Positions 1-7,568 are shown, numbered from the stretch's first letter. The stretch is DNA of 30,963 nucleotides from a virus (IMGVR_UViG_3300038393_002360:1-30963); one strand, 5' to 3'. A program made the numbers and translations. Notes: generated by a model from the letters alone, not told the origin.

Positions 1-50
1 CCGCGAGGCCGGATGTCCGTCACTAACGGCGCCGGACAGCGGACCTAGCA

Positions 51-108
51 CCTCCCCTGCGAAGCGGGGGAGGGGGACCGCCCGCCGAAGCCGGCGCAGC
101 CGGCTGGA
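51..108. repeat. Host palindromic intergenic repeat (Caulobacter CIR-like), apparently truncated by the prophage
   Basis: Hairpin CCTCCCCTGC-GAA-GCGGGGGAGG (51-73), then GGGGACCG and a second hairpin AGCCGGC-GCA-GCCGGCT (89-105). Resembles CIR-type repeats of Caulobacteraceae; the usual closing GGTGGAGGGGG arm is absent. Confidence 0.6.
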
Positions 109-188
109 TGTGAGGGGACACATGGTTCCGGAGTTCCGGGATGACCCGGGATGACGTGGGACCTGTCGGGACATTTTCCACGGGAAAT
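109..188 (+). repeat. Putative attL with tandem 10-bp GGGA-core repeats (candidate transposase binding sites)
   Basis: TGTGAGGGGACACA at 109; CCGGGATGAC, CCGGGATGAC, GTGGGACCTG, TCGGGACATT in exact 10-bp phase (136-175); CGGGAAAT at 181. Confidence 0.5.
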
Positions 189-469
189 CAACGCGCGGCG
201 CGCCTCTCAGCGGGTGATGACGCTCCGACGCCGTTGTCCGCCCCAAACGACGTGGGGGCGGCTCAGGCGGCGAATTAGACAGTGCAGATCGGAGCACCGG
301 CTAGACATTCGGCCGGCGTTTGAGGCGACGTCAACAGGCGTTCGACGGCTCTGCGGCGCAGCTTTGAACGAATTGAGTAAATCGGCCTCGAACGCGCTCA
401 AAGAGGGGCGCGTCCGCCGGGCACCTGAAGGACGAAAAGGGGCCGTCGGGGCGGCTCTAACCGTCAACT

Positions 470-597
470 GAACTGTAAACTGCGGTTGCCAAAAGGGCAT
501 TCGGTTTACAGATCTCCAAAACGGCAATGAAAACAGCGGTGAAGGCGTGAAGGTCGGGCCTGACGCCCGACCCGGGCGACGGCTCGAACTGTAAACT
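470..597. repeat. GAACTGTAAACT direct repeats plus an inverted core
   Basis: GAACTGTAAACT at 470-481 and 586-597; inverted core GTTTACAG at 504-511. Confidence 0.6.
552..572 (-). terminator. Hairpin downstream of the SOS-boxed operon (possible terminator)
   Basis: GGTCGGGC-CTGAC-GCCCGACC, perfect 8-bp stem about 30 nt after the stop at 603; U-tract weak. Confidence 0.4.
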
Positions 598-602
598 CGC
601 TC

Positions 603-917
603 TCAGCGGGCCTCGGCCTCGAACCGGGCTACGTTCTGGGCGATGACGTAGGCCACGTCGGCGACGAAGCTGCCGCGGGCCTGGCCATTGCAGCCTTCGG
701 CCGAGCAGCGCAGGCGGGCGAGGGCCGCTCTCATGGTGGTCTGCGGTGGGAACAGCTCGAGCATCTCGGCGGGACCAATGCGGCGGCCAGGCCGGCCGCA
801 GGCGCGGCAGCCGAAGCAGAGGGCCCAACCCTTCTCGGCGACCTCAGCCACCGTAATGGCGGCCTGGTGTCGCGTCAGGCCGTCAGGCCCGGGCGGCTCA
901 TAAGGCAGGATCGGCAT
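603..917 (-). CDS. Small zinc-ribbon protein
   Basis: 104 aa with CRAC...RLRCSAEGC cysteine pairs; ATG lies 3 nt after the upstream ORF stop. Confidence 0.75.
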   Translation of the reverse strand: MPILPYEPPGPDGLTRHQAAITVAEVAEKGWALCFGCRACGRPGRRIGPAEMLELFPPQTTMRAALARLRCSAEGCNGQARGSFVADVAYVIAQNVARFEAEAR

Positions 918-920
918 GGG

Positions 921-1085
921 TCAGGCCTCCCGGGGATCGTTCGGGAACGCTGTCGCCTCCGCCGCCTGCGGTGCGGGGCGCCAGGCCGGATCGGTGATCG
1001 TCACCCGCCCGTCGCCGGCGACCAAGCCGATGATCGGAACGAAGCCGGCGGGCGGCGGGGCGGCGTTGTCATTGGCGGACGTCAT
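921..1085 (-). CDS. Small hypothetical protein, 54 aa (not in ORF track)
   Basis: Translates as MTSANDNAAPPPAGFVPIIGLVAGDGRVTITDPAWRPAPQAAEATAFPNDPREA; fits exactly between the LexA box and the 603-917 gene. Confidence 0.6.
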   Translation of the reverse strand: MTSANDNAAPPPAGFVPIIGLVAGDGRVTITDPAWRPAPQAAEATAFPNDPREA

Positions 1086-1129
1086 GGCCGCGCATCAGAA
1101 GCTTGAGTAACCCGCGAACGCAACCAACT

Positions 1130-1144
1130 GTTCCGCGTATGTTC
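1130..1144 (-). promoter_or_regulatory. Alphaproteobacterial LexA (SOS) box
   Basis: GTTC-CGCGTAT-GTTC, an exact GTTC-N7-GTTC match, intergenic, about 45 nt upstream of the ATG at 1085 and overlapping a TAGAAC -10-like element on the minus strand. Confidence 0.85.
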
Positions 1145-1181
1145 TAATTTGCCGCACGCGGAGGTGAGTCCTTCGCAATCT

Positions 1182-1406
1182 TCAGACGAAGACGACGACG
1201 CCCTGCAGCAGGAAGCTGAGCATTAGGCAAATGAGACCGGCGCGTTGCAACCGGCGGCGGCGCGCGTTGCCGCGCTTGGCCTGGGCATGCACCTCGTCGC
1301 TGACGAAGAAGCCCCCGAGCTGCACGAACGCGAAGCTCCCTAAGTAAAGGAGTAGGGTGCCGGCAGCGCCAGTCATGGCTGCGCCCAGAGCGAGCCAGTG
1401 GTTCAT
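1182..1406 (-). CDS. Small two-TM membrane protein
   Basis: 74 aa, two hydrophobic segments flanking a basic loop; ATGA overlap with the upstream lipoprotein gene. Confidence 0.7.
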   Translation of the reverse strand: MNHWLALGAAMTGAAGTLLLYLGSFAFVQLGGFFVSDEVHAQAKRGNARRRRLQRAGLICLMLSFLLQGVVVFV

Positions 1407-1729
1407 GGCCGGCCGATACCCAGCTCGTCGCCGATGGCGATCTCCGAGATACGGTAGTGCCCTCCGCCCGGCTCCGCGACCAAGCTAAAGGGCTTCTCTA
1501 GCCACGCCCCAAAACCGTTCTGCGCCTCTACGGTGCCGGTCACTTTGAACTTACAATCGCCGATGCTCGCCGCACGCACATTATGGAATTTCGTCTTATG
1601 TGGATCGCGCATTAGGCCGGAGACATAGTCCTCAGCGGCAAGCTCTGCGCCCGCGGTCGACTTGCAATTGTCTATCGGTTCACACGCCGCGACGCAGGCG
1701 GCTGCGGATATCAGCAGCAGCGTTCTCAT
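1403..1729 (-). CDS. Lipoprotein (accessory gene, candidate superinfection exclusion)
   Basis: Start at 1729 with RBS GAGGGTGAG; signal MRTLLLISAAACVAAC (lipobox); LMRDP...VEAQNGFGA motif; lower GC than core genes. Confidence 0.75.
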   Translation of the reverse strand: MRTLLLISAAACVAACEPIDNCKSTAGAELAAEDYVSGLMRDPHKTKFHNVRAASIGDCKFKVTGTVEAQNGFGAWLEKPFSLVAEPGGGHYRISEIAIGDELGIGRP

Positions 1730-1787
1730 CTCACCCTCATCGCCCCAGAACCCCTGCGACAACCGGCTCACCGCTTTCGGTCAAGGT

Positions 1788-1799
1788 CCCAAATATGGG
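1788..1799. promoter_or_regulatory. Repressor operator-like palindrome next to a minus-strand TTGACC -35
   Basis: CCCAAATATGGG matches the CCCA-N4-YGGG sites of the switch region; GGTCAA at 1779-1784. Confidence 0.55.
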
Positions 1800-1944
1800 C
1801 CCAATTGTCCCGAACGCGGCCGGCTCGGCCCGAAAACCGCCGCTACGCAAGATGCAGGCCAATCGGCCACGGTTCGCGAGCCACCAGGCCCTCCGGCCCA
1901 TATTCGAGCCAGCGCGAGACGCCAGCGGCGCGCCGCCAGGAAAG

Positions 1945-2667
1945 TCAAAGGTGCGAGACGACAAGCTTTGCGCGGCCGATGACCTGGAAGTGGTTTAGCG
2001 CATCGCCTTCCAACCGTTCGCTCGGATAGTGTTCGTTGTCCGAAATAATGTCGATCCCGTCCGCTCTCTTCAGCAGCCGCTTTACGCGCAGATCGTTGTC
2101 GTGCCTGAACCCAAAGATACCCTCGCGCAAATAGGTATCGTTCAGGTCCAAGAGCACCCGAGAACCATCGGGAATTGTTGGGAACATCGAGTCGCCGGCG
2201 GCCTCGACGAACCCGAGCCCATCCGCCGACTGGCGCCCCAGACTGAGTAGGAGGGATGCGTCAATCGGTATCATGGCGTTTACGCGTGCCGCTTCGCTGA
2301 ATTTCGCAACCCCGGCGGCAAGTCTAACGTCGTAAAGGGGCACAGCCTCGAAACCGCCGGCCTTCGCGTCTGGCGAGCCACGGCCGGTGACGAGCCACGA
2401 TACTGAAATCTTCGCGTTTTCCGCCAGCGCACGAATGCCTTGGCTGGGAATGTCAGGTCCACCGTCCTGGGTCCACCGGTTCAGCGTGCTCTTCGGAATT
2501 CCGGTGACAAGGGCGGCCTTTACTGACCCCCCAAGCCGCTGGATCGCGTAGTCGATCCGCGAGTGCAGCTGCTCATCAATGAGTTCTCTACCCACGAATG
2601 GGGACCTCGGCTTGACGGCGGCCCAAAATCGGATTCCATGTTCCCACGAATGGGGAGGCCGACTCAC
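1945..2667 (-). CDS. Phage repressor, HTH plus S24 autopeptidase (CI/LexA-like); true start may be GTG at 2595
   Basis: HTH (SVKAALVTGIPKSTLNRW), SVSWLVTGRG, Ala-Gly cleavage site (LAAG), catalytic Ser (GDSMFPTI) and Lys (LRVKRL); divergent from ner. Confidence 0.93.
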   Translation of the reverse strand: MSRPPHSWEHGIRFWAAVKPRSPFVGRELIDEQLHSRIDYAIQRLGGSVKAALVTGIPKSTLNRWTQDGGPDIPSQGIRALAENAKISVSWLVTGRGSPDAKAGGFEAVPLYDVRLAAGVAKFSEAARVNAMIPIDASLLLSLGRQSADGLGFVEAAGDSMFPTIPDGSRVLLDLNDTYLREGIFGFRHDNDLRVKRLLKRADGIDIISDNEHYPSERLEGDALNHFQVIGRAKLVVSHL

Positions 2668-2715
2668 ATACGAGTCGGATGGAATCGAAAATGAGTCGTC
2701 GTTCCCAAAAACGGG
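2591..2715. promoter_or_regulatory. Immunity switch: operators and early promoter
   Basis: CCCACGAATGGG at 2591 and 2643, CCCAAAATCGGA at 2622, CCCAAAAACGGG at 2704 (also TCCACGAACGGG at 2925); TTGACG -35 at 2612; five GANTC sites in 2632-2697. Confidence 0.75.
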
Positions 2716-2987
2716 ACCAGGTCTGGCACCCGGAGCTGATCAAGGCGGCCGTGCGCATGCGCGGCGAGACCCTGACTGGGCTCGCGCTCAAGAACGGCCT
2801 TCCCGAATGCTCCTGCCGCGACGCGCTTCGGAACCATCGGCGCGACGCGGAGGAGGTGATCTCCGCCTTCATCAATGTTCCCCGTGAGGAGCTCTGGCCT
2901 GAACGGTACGGACGACCTGCGCCATCCACGAACGGGGATATCGCGACTCCCCTCGAGACGCACCGTCAAAACGGCGAGGCGGCTTAG
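2691..2987 (+). CDS. ner: Ner/Nlp-family DNA-binding protein (alternative start 2679)
   Basis: WHPELIKAAVRMRGETLTGLA...EEVISAFINVPREELWPERY is the Ner signature; first early gene. Confidence 0.9.
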   Translation: MSRRSQKRDQVWHPELIKAAVRMRGETLTGLALKNGLPECSCRDALRNHRRDAEEVISAFINVPREELWPERYGRPAPSTNGDIATPLETHRQNGEAA

Positions 2988-2989
2988 AC

Positions 2990-3880
2990 ATGCCTGCCGC
3001 CGCCTGGGTCGAGATCCCAGTTTCCGCCATCGTCGTCGGTCCGCGCCTGCGAGCCGTCGATCCCGCCGCCGTCGCCAACCTGCAGGTCAGCATTGAGGAG
3101 AGCGGCTGGTTCGGCTCGATCCTCGTGCGGCCGCTTCCGAGCGAGGACGGCGACATGCTCTATGGCCTGGTGGCCGGGGCGCACCGCCTGGCCGCCATGC
3201 GGGGCCTGGGCCGCACGAAGATTGCCGCCACCATCCGCCCGCTCAGTGACGACGAAGCCGAGCAGATCGAGATCGACGAGAACCTGGTGCGCCGCGGGCT
3301 GACGCCCCTCGAGCGCGCCGAGATGGTCATGGCTCGCTTTTCGGTTTGGCGGCGCCGGTTCCCGGATCGCGTCGTTCAGGCAGAGGACGTCGCCCGCCCA
3401 AAGCGCGGCCGGCCCAGTAAATCGGAAAACATTTCCGAATTTCTCGGCGGAGCGCCGCAGGCGATGGGCTTCGCGGCGGAAACCGCCGCCGAGGTGGGCC
3501 TGACCGACCGGACCATCCGTGCGGCTCTGTCGACCGTGAACGGCCTTCCGGCCGACCTTCGCCAGCAGCTGCGCGGCACCTGGATCGGCAAGACCGAGGG
3601 CGTGCTGCGCCAGCTGGCGAACATCGCCGACAAGGCCGAGCAGCGCCGCGTGGCTGAACTGATGATCGAGGGCGGCGCCAGGAGCGTCTCCGACGCCATC
3701 GCGCTGGCCGCCGGCAATCTCCCGGTGAAGGCCGCTCAGACGCCCGTCGACGAGACGTTGAAGGCCTTTCGCAAGCTATGGGGCTCGGCCTCGCCGGGCG
3801 CCCGCGCGGCGATCCTGCATGATCTCGCCGGCCGGCCGCTACCGAAGGGCTGGATCGTCCGGGGCACGGCCGATGGCTGA
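2990..3880 (+). CDS. ParB N-terminal domain protein with HTH
   Basis: SIEESGWFGSILVRP...LVAGAHRLAA...IEIDENLVRRGLTPLERA; AT-hook-like KRGRP; HTH AAEVGLTDRTIR. Confidence 0.9.
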   Translation: MPAAAWVEIPVSAIVVGPRLRAVDPAAVANLQVSIEESGWFGSILVRPLPSEDGDMLYGLVAGAHRLAAMRGLGRTKIAATIRPLSDDEAEQIEIDENLVRRGLTPLERAEMVMARFSVWRRRFPDRVVQAEDVARPKRGRPSKSENISEFLGGAPQAMGFAAETAAEVGLTDRTIRAALSTVNGLPADLRQQLRGTWIGKTEGVLRQLANIADKAEQRRVAELMIEGGARSVSDAIALAAGNLPVKAAQTPVDETLKAFRKLWGSASPGARAAILHDLAGRPLPKGWIVRGTADG

Positions 3881-4070
3881 CGGGAGTGCCCTTGCCGACC
3901 TACAGGCGCCGCGGCTGATCCGCCGCGCCATGCGCTGCCTGGCGGAAGCCCGCGCGCTGGCAGACGACGTCGCTGGCCGCGCGCTGGTGGCCGAACCTGA
4001 AGCGATCGGCCGGGCGATCAGCGACCTGCTACGCCAGGCCGAGCAACTGCTGGCGCGCGCCCATGGCTAA
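3873..4070 (+). CDS. Hypothetical early protein, 65 aa
   Basis: Overlaps neighbouring genes at both ends; predicted helical. Confidence 0.65.
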   Translation: MADGSALADLQAPRLIRRAMRCLAEARALADDVAGRALVAEPEAIGRAISDLLRQAEQLLARAHG

Positions 4071-4548
4071 GGCTCGCCGCCATCCCGATCAAGGCGACCT
4101 GTTCGAGGTCCGCGATGCGTTCCCGGTGCGGGCGCCCAGCGAGCTGCTGCGGGCGCGGGACTTCAACCGGCGGATCGCCATGGCGATGGCCGAGGCCATC
4201 CGCCTGTGCCCGAAGTCTCGCGAGCAGATCTGCGAGGAGATGACCCTCCAGCTCGATTACGACGAAGGCGAGGTCACGCTCGCGCAGCTCAACGCCTACA
4301 CGGCCGTCAGCCGCGAGAAGCACACGATCAGCCTGGTCCGGTTCCTGGCCTTCGTCCGCGCCACCAACCAGACCTGGCTGTGGGACGTCGTCCTGCACGA
4401 CGAGGGCATGGAAATCCTGGAGGGCGGCGAGGCGTACCTCGCCAGGGCCGCCCTGATGCAGAAACAGGGGCAGGAGCTGCTCGCCGCCGCGGCGGCTGCG
4501 CTCGCCGAGGCCCCTGCTCAAGTTCGCATGCGACGGGGGCGTCGATGA
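4063..4548 (+). CDS. Phage regulatory/HTH-like protein upstream of the transposase
   Basis: QGDLF motif; SREQICEEMT...LNAYTAVSREKHTISLVRF; ATGA overlap with MuA. Confidence 0.75.
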   Translation: MAKARRHPDQGDLFEVRDAFPVRAPSELLRARDFNRRIAMAMAEAIRLCPKSREQICEEMTLQLDYDEGEVTLAQLNAYTAVSREKHTISLVRFLAFVRATNQTWLWDVVLHDEGMEILEGGEAYLARAALMQKQGQELLAAAAAALAEAPAQVRMRRGRR

Positions 4549-6506
4549 GCCGAGCTGCAGGCGCAGTTCAGGAGTGGTTCTCCGCGGCCGAGCTGGCCGC
4601 GATGGCCTTGCCGGGGATGCCCAGCACCAAGCCGGGAATTCTGAAGCGTGTCCGCGCCGAGGGCTGGATGGGCGCCGCCGATCCGGTGCGCGGCAAGCTG
4701 GCCCGCAAGCGGCACGGCCGTGGCGGCGGGGTCGAGTTCCACGTCAGCCTGCTGCCCGAACCGGCGCGCGTGAAGCTGATGGCCGCCGCGTCGCCGGCCG
4801 CCCGGCCGGACGCCGAGGCCGTGTGGCAGCGGTGGGATCAGCTGCCCACCGGCTACAAAGACGAGGCGCGCCGCCGCCTCGAGGTGGTCGAGCGGATCGA
4901 GAGCCTGCGCCGCGCCGGCCTCGGCAAGAGCCGGGCGGTCGAGGAGGTGGTGGGCGCCGACGCGCGCGAGGCCCGCGCCGCCGGCCGGGAGCCGCCGCAC
5001 AGCGTCAGCACCGTCTACGGCTGGCTCGCCCGTATCGACGGCGTCGCCCAGGCCGACCGCATCGCCTACCTCGCCCCCGACTACGCCGGGCGCAGCGCCA
5101 CCGCCGAGCTGAGCGCCGACGCCTGGGAGCAGTACAAGGGCGACTATCTGCGCCAGTCCAAGCCCGGGCACGCCGCCTGCTATCGCCGCCTGATCCGGAT
5201 CGCCGCCGACAATGGCTGGAAGATCCCCTCGGCAAAGACGCTGCAGCGCCGCCTCGAGGCGGAGATCCCGGCGCCCGTCCAGACCCTCCTGCGCTATGGG
5301 CCCGAGGCGCTCAGCCACGCCTTCCCGCACCTCGACCGCGACCGCCAGTCGATCCGGGTGATGCAGTACCTGAACCTCGACGGCCACACCTGGGACGTCA
5401 TGGTCCGCTGGCCGAACGGGACCGTCTCGCGGCCCCACGCCCTGGCCATCCAGGACATCAAGAGCGGCAAGGTGCTGGCGATCCGCCACGACCTGACGCT
5501 GAACCACCACTTGGTGCGCCTGGCGCTGGCCGACGCCTTCCGCGACTACGGCCTGCCCGAGGGCATCTTCGTAGACAACGGCCGCGAGAACGCCGCCCAG
5601 GCGATCTCCGGCGGCCAGGTCCGCAACCGCTGGGGCAAGACCCCGGAAGAGGAGCCGGACGGCCTCCTGAAGCTGCTGGGCGTCCAGGCGATCGCCGTGA
5701 CACCTTACTGGGGCCAGGCCAAGCCGATCGAGCGGGCGTTCCGCAACTTCGCCCATGACCTGGCGAAGTCGCCCGAGTTCGAGGGCGCCTACACCGGCCA
5801 CAACCCGGTGGCCAAGCCGGAGAACTACGGCTCCCGGGCGATCCCGTTCGCCGAGTTCGAGGCGATCGTGGAGCGTGAGCTGGCGCACTACAACGCCCAG
5901 CTGGGCCGCCGCGGTGCAGGCATGCACGGCCGGTCCTTCGACGTGGTGTTCGCCGAGGGCTTGGAGGGCCAAGCGCTGCGCCGGCTCACGGCCGCGCAGC
6001 TGCGCATGTGCCTGCTGGCCTCCAAGCCGGTGAGCATGGACCCGAAGTCGGGCGCGGTGACGGTGGAGGGCCACCGCTACTGGTCGCCCGCGCTGGGGGA
6101 CCTGAAGCGCCAGAAGGTGATCGTGCGGTTCGATCCCGAGCGGATGGAGCTGCCGGCCCACGTCTACAGCCTGGACGGCCGCTGGCTCTGCGAGGCCGAC
6201 CGCCTGGTCGCGGGCAGCTTCGACCGGGCCAGCGACGGGCGCGAGCACCGCAAGGCCCTGCGCGACTGGGAGCGCGGGAAGAAGCTCCAGGCCGGCGCGC
6301 TGCGCCGCCTGGAGGCGCAGGACGTGGCCGCGCGCCTGCAGGGCGCCGAGCCGCCGCCGGCCCTGCCTGCGGACGAGAAGGTCATCGCGGTCGATTTCGG
6401 CCTGCCCAGCCGGCCCGAGCAGCTGGGCACCGCGCCCGCCAACCCCACACCGGACTTCGACGCCAAGTTCCAGGCCGCCCTCGGGCGCCTGGCGCGGGGC
6501 GGATGA
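4545..6506 (+). CDS. A: Mu-type DDE transposase (MuA), 653 aa
   Basis: N-terminal Mu HTH (EWFSAAELAAMALPGMP), DDE motifs LNLDGH, VDNGRE and QAKPIERAF, C-terminal VIVRFDP domain. Start at ATG 4545 rather than 4206. Confidence 0.96.
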   Translation: MSRAAGAVQEWFSAAELAAMALPGMPSTKPGILKRVRAEGWMGAADPVRGKLARKRHGRGGGVEFHVSLLPEPARVKLMAAASPAARPDAEAVWQRWDQLPTGYKDEARRRLEVVERIESLRRAGLGKSRAVEEVVGADAREARAAGREPPHSVSTVYGWLARIDGVAQADRIAYLAPDYAGRSATAELSADAWEQYKGDYLRQSKPGHAACYRRLIRIAADNGWKIPSAKTLQRRLEAEIPAPVQTLLRYGPEALSHAFPHLDRDRQSIRVMQYLNLDGHTWDVMVRWPNGTVSRPHALAIQDIKSGKVLAIRHDLTLNHHLVRLALADAFRDYGLPEGIFVDNGRENAAQAISGGQVRNRWGKTPEEEPDGLLKLLGVQAIAVTPYWGQAKPIERAFRNFAHDLAKSPEFEGAYTGHNPVAKPENYGSRAIPFAEFEAIVERELAHYNAQLGRRGAGMHGRSFDVVFAEGLEGQALRRLTAAQLRMCLLASKPVSMDPKSGAVTVEGHRYWSPALGDLKRQKVIVRFDPERMELPAHVYSLDGRWLCEADRLVAGSFDRASDGREHRKALRDWERGKKLQAGALRRLEAQDVAARLQGAEPPPALPADEKVIAVDFGLPSRPEQLGTAPANPTPDFDAKFQAALGRLARGG

Positions 6507-6511
6507 GGAAA

Positions 6512-6541
6512 GCCCGCCCGGGGCGGCAACCCCGGACGGGC
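6512..6541 (+). other. GC-rich stem-loop between A and B
   Basis: GCCCGCCCGGGG-CGGCAA-CCCCGGACGGGC, 11 of 12 paired; no U-tract on the plus strand. Confidence 0.5.
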
Positions 6542-6566
6542 CAACAAAAGCATCGAGAACAGGAGC

Positions 6567-7568
6567 TTGAGTAGCATGAACGTCAACCCCGGCAAGACCC
6601 ACTTCAAGGAGGCCGAGCACGTCGCCCTGCGCGGCGAGGTGAAGGCCAAGGTCAAGGCGCTGGGCATCAGCCAGGCCGAGCTGGCGCGCCAATCGGATGT
6701 GCCCGACAGCACGCTCAGCCAGTACCTCAACGACCGCTACCCGGCCGAGCCGGGCAAGAGCGAAGTCGCCAGCAAGCTGACCAAGTGGCTGCGGGCCCAG
6801 GAGACGGCCGAGGCCATGCGGCGCACCCTGCCGGACACGCCGCCCTTCATCTCCATGCACGGCTCCGCCGAGATCATGGGGACGCTGAGCTACGCCCGCG
6901 CCACCGGCAGCCTGGTGGTGATCGCCGGCGCGCCCGGCGTCTCGAAGACCGCCACCTGCAAACAGTACGTCTCGGACACGCCCCGCGCCTGGTACGCGGC
7001 CATGGACCCGACCACCTCGGGCGTGCCGACCATGCTGCTCGAGGTGCTGGCGGCCATGGGCCTTCCGGACGCCAAGGGCACGCCGCAGGTTCTGAAGCGC
7101 GAGGTGGTGCGGGTCGCCGAGGAGGCCACGGGCCTCCTGGTGATCGACGAGGGCCAGCACCTGACCCTGACCGCCATCGAGGCGCTGCGGGCCATCAACG
7201 ACCGCTGCGGCCTGGGCATCGCCATCGTCGGCAACGAGGAGCTCTACACCAAGGTCGGCGCCACCGGCGGCAAGCGCGAGTTCGCCCAGGTGTCCAGCCG
7301 CGTCGCCCACCGCGTCGTGCGGCTGCACCCGGATCCGCGCGACGCGGAGATGCTGGCCATGGCCTGGGCGGCGGCCAACCGCGAGGAGATCGGCAAGCCC
7401 GAGGTCGGCTTCTGCCAATCCATCGCCAGCAAGCCCGGCGGCCTGCGGAACGTCTCGCAGACCTTCCGCAAGGCCGTGTTCGCCGCCCGCGTGGCCGGCG
7501 AGGCCCTCGACCTGTCGCACCTGCAGGGCGCGTTCGCGCAGCTCTCGGGCGGCGTCCAGGTCCGCTGA
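6567..7568 (+). CDS. B: MuB-like AAA+ transposition ATPase with N-terminal HTH (start TTG 6567 or ATG 6576)
   Basis: HTH ISQAELARQSDVPDSTLSQYL; Walker A variant GAPGVSKT; Walker B LLVIDEGQHL; GIAIVGNE; GGLRNV. Confidence 0.93.
   Translation: MSSMNVNPGKTHFKEAEHVALRGEVKAKVKALGISQAELARQSDVPDSTLSQYLNDRYPAEPGKSEVASKLTKWLRAQETAEAMRRTLPDTPPFISMHGSAEIMGTLSYARATGSLVVIAGAPGVSKTATCKQYVSDTPRAWYAAMDPTTSGVPTMLLEVLAAMGLPDAKGTPQVLKREVVRVAEEATGLLVIDEGQHLTLTAIEALRAINDRCGLGIAIVGNEELYTKVGATGGKREFAQVSSRVAHRVVRLHPDPRDAEMLAMAWAAANREEIGKPEVGFCQSIASKPGGLRNVSQTFRKAVFAARVAGEALDLSHLQGAFAQLSGGVQVR

Noticed and set aside
164-180. TGTCGGGACA as an alternative attL
   Set aside because: It lies inside the repeat array and the host repeat is already broken at 108; position 109 fits better, though this is unproven.
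151-527. Two 106-aa ORFs at the left end
   Set aside because: No RBS, Arg-rich composition, overlap with end repeats; probably non-coding.
1893-1905. CCGGCCCATATTC shared with the minus-strand promoter near 20752
   Set aside because: No -35 at suitable spacing; may be chance.
1737-1964. 75-aa minus-strand ORF after the repressor
   Set aside because: Overlaps the repressor end and spans a promoter/operator; no protein-like features.
4206-4544. N-terminal extension of the transposase in the ORF track
   Set aside because: Overlaps the 4063-4548 gene; the Mu HTH domain begins after ATG 4545.
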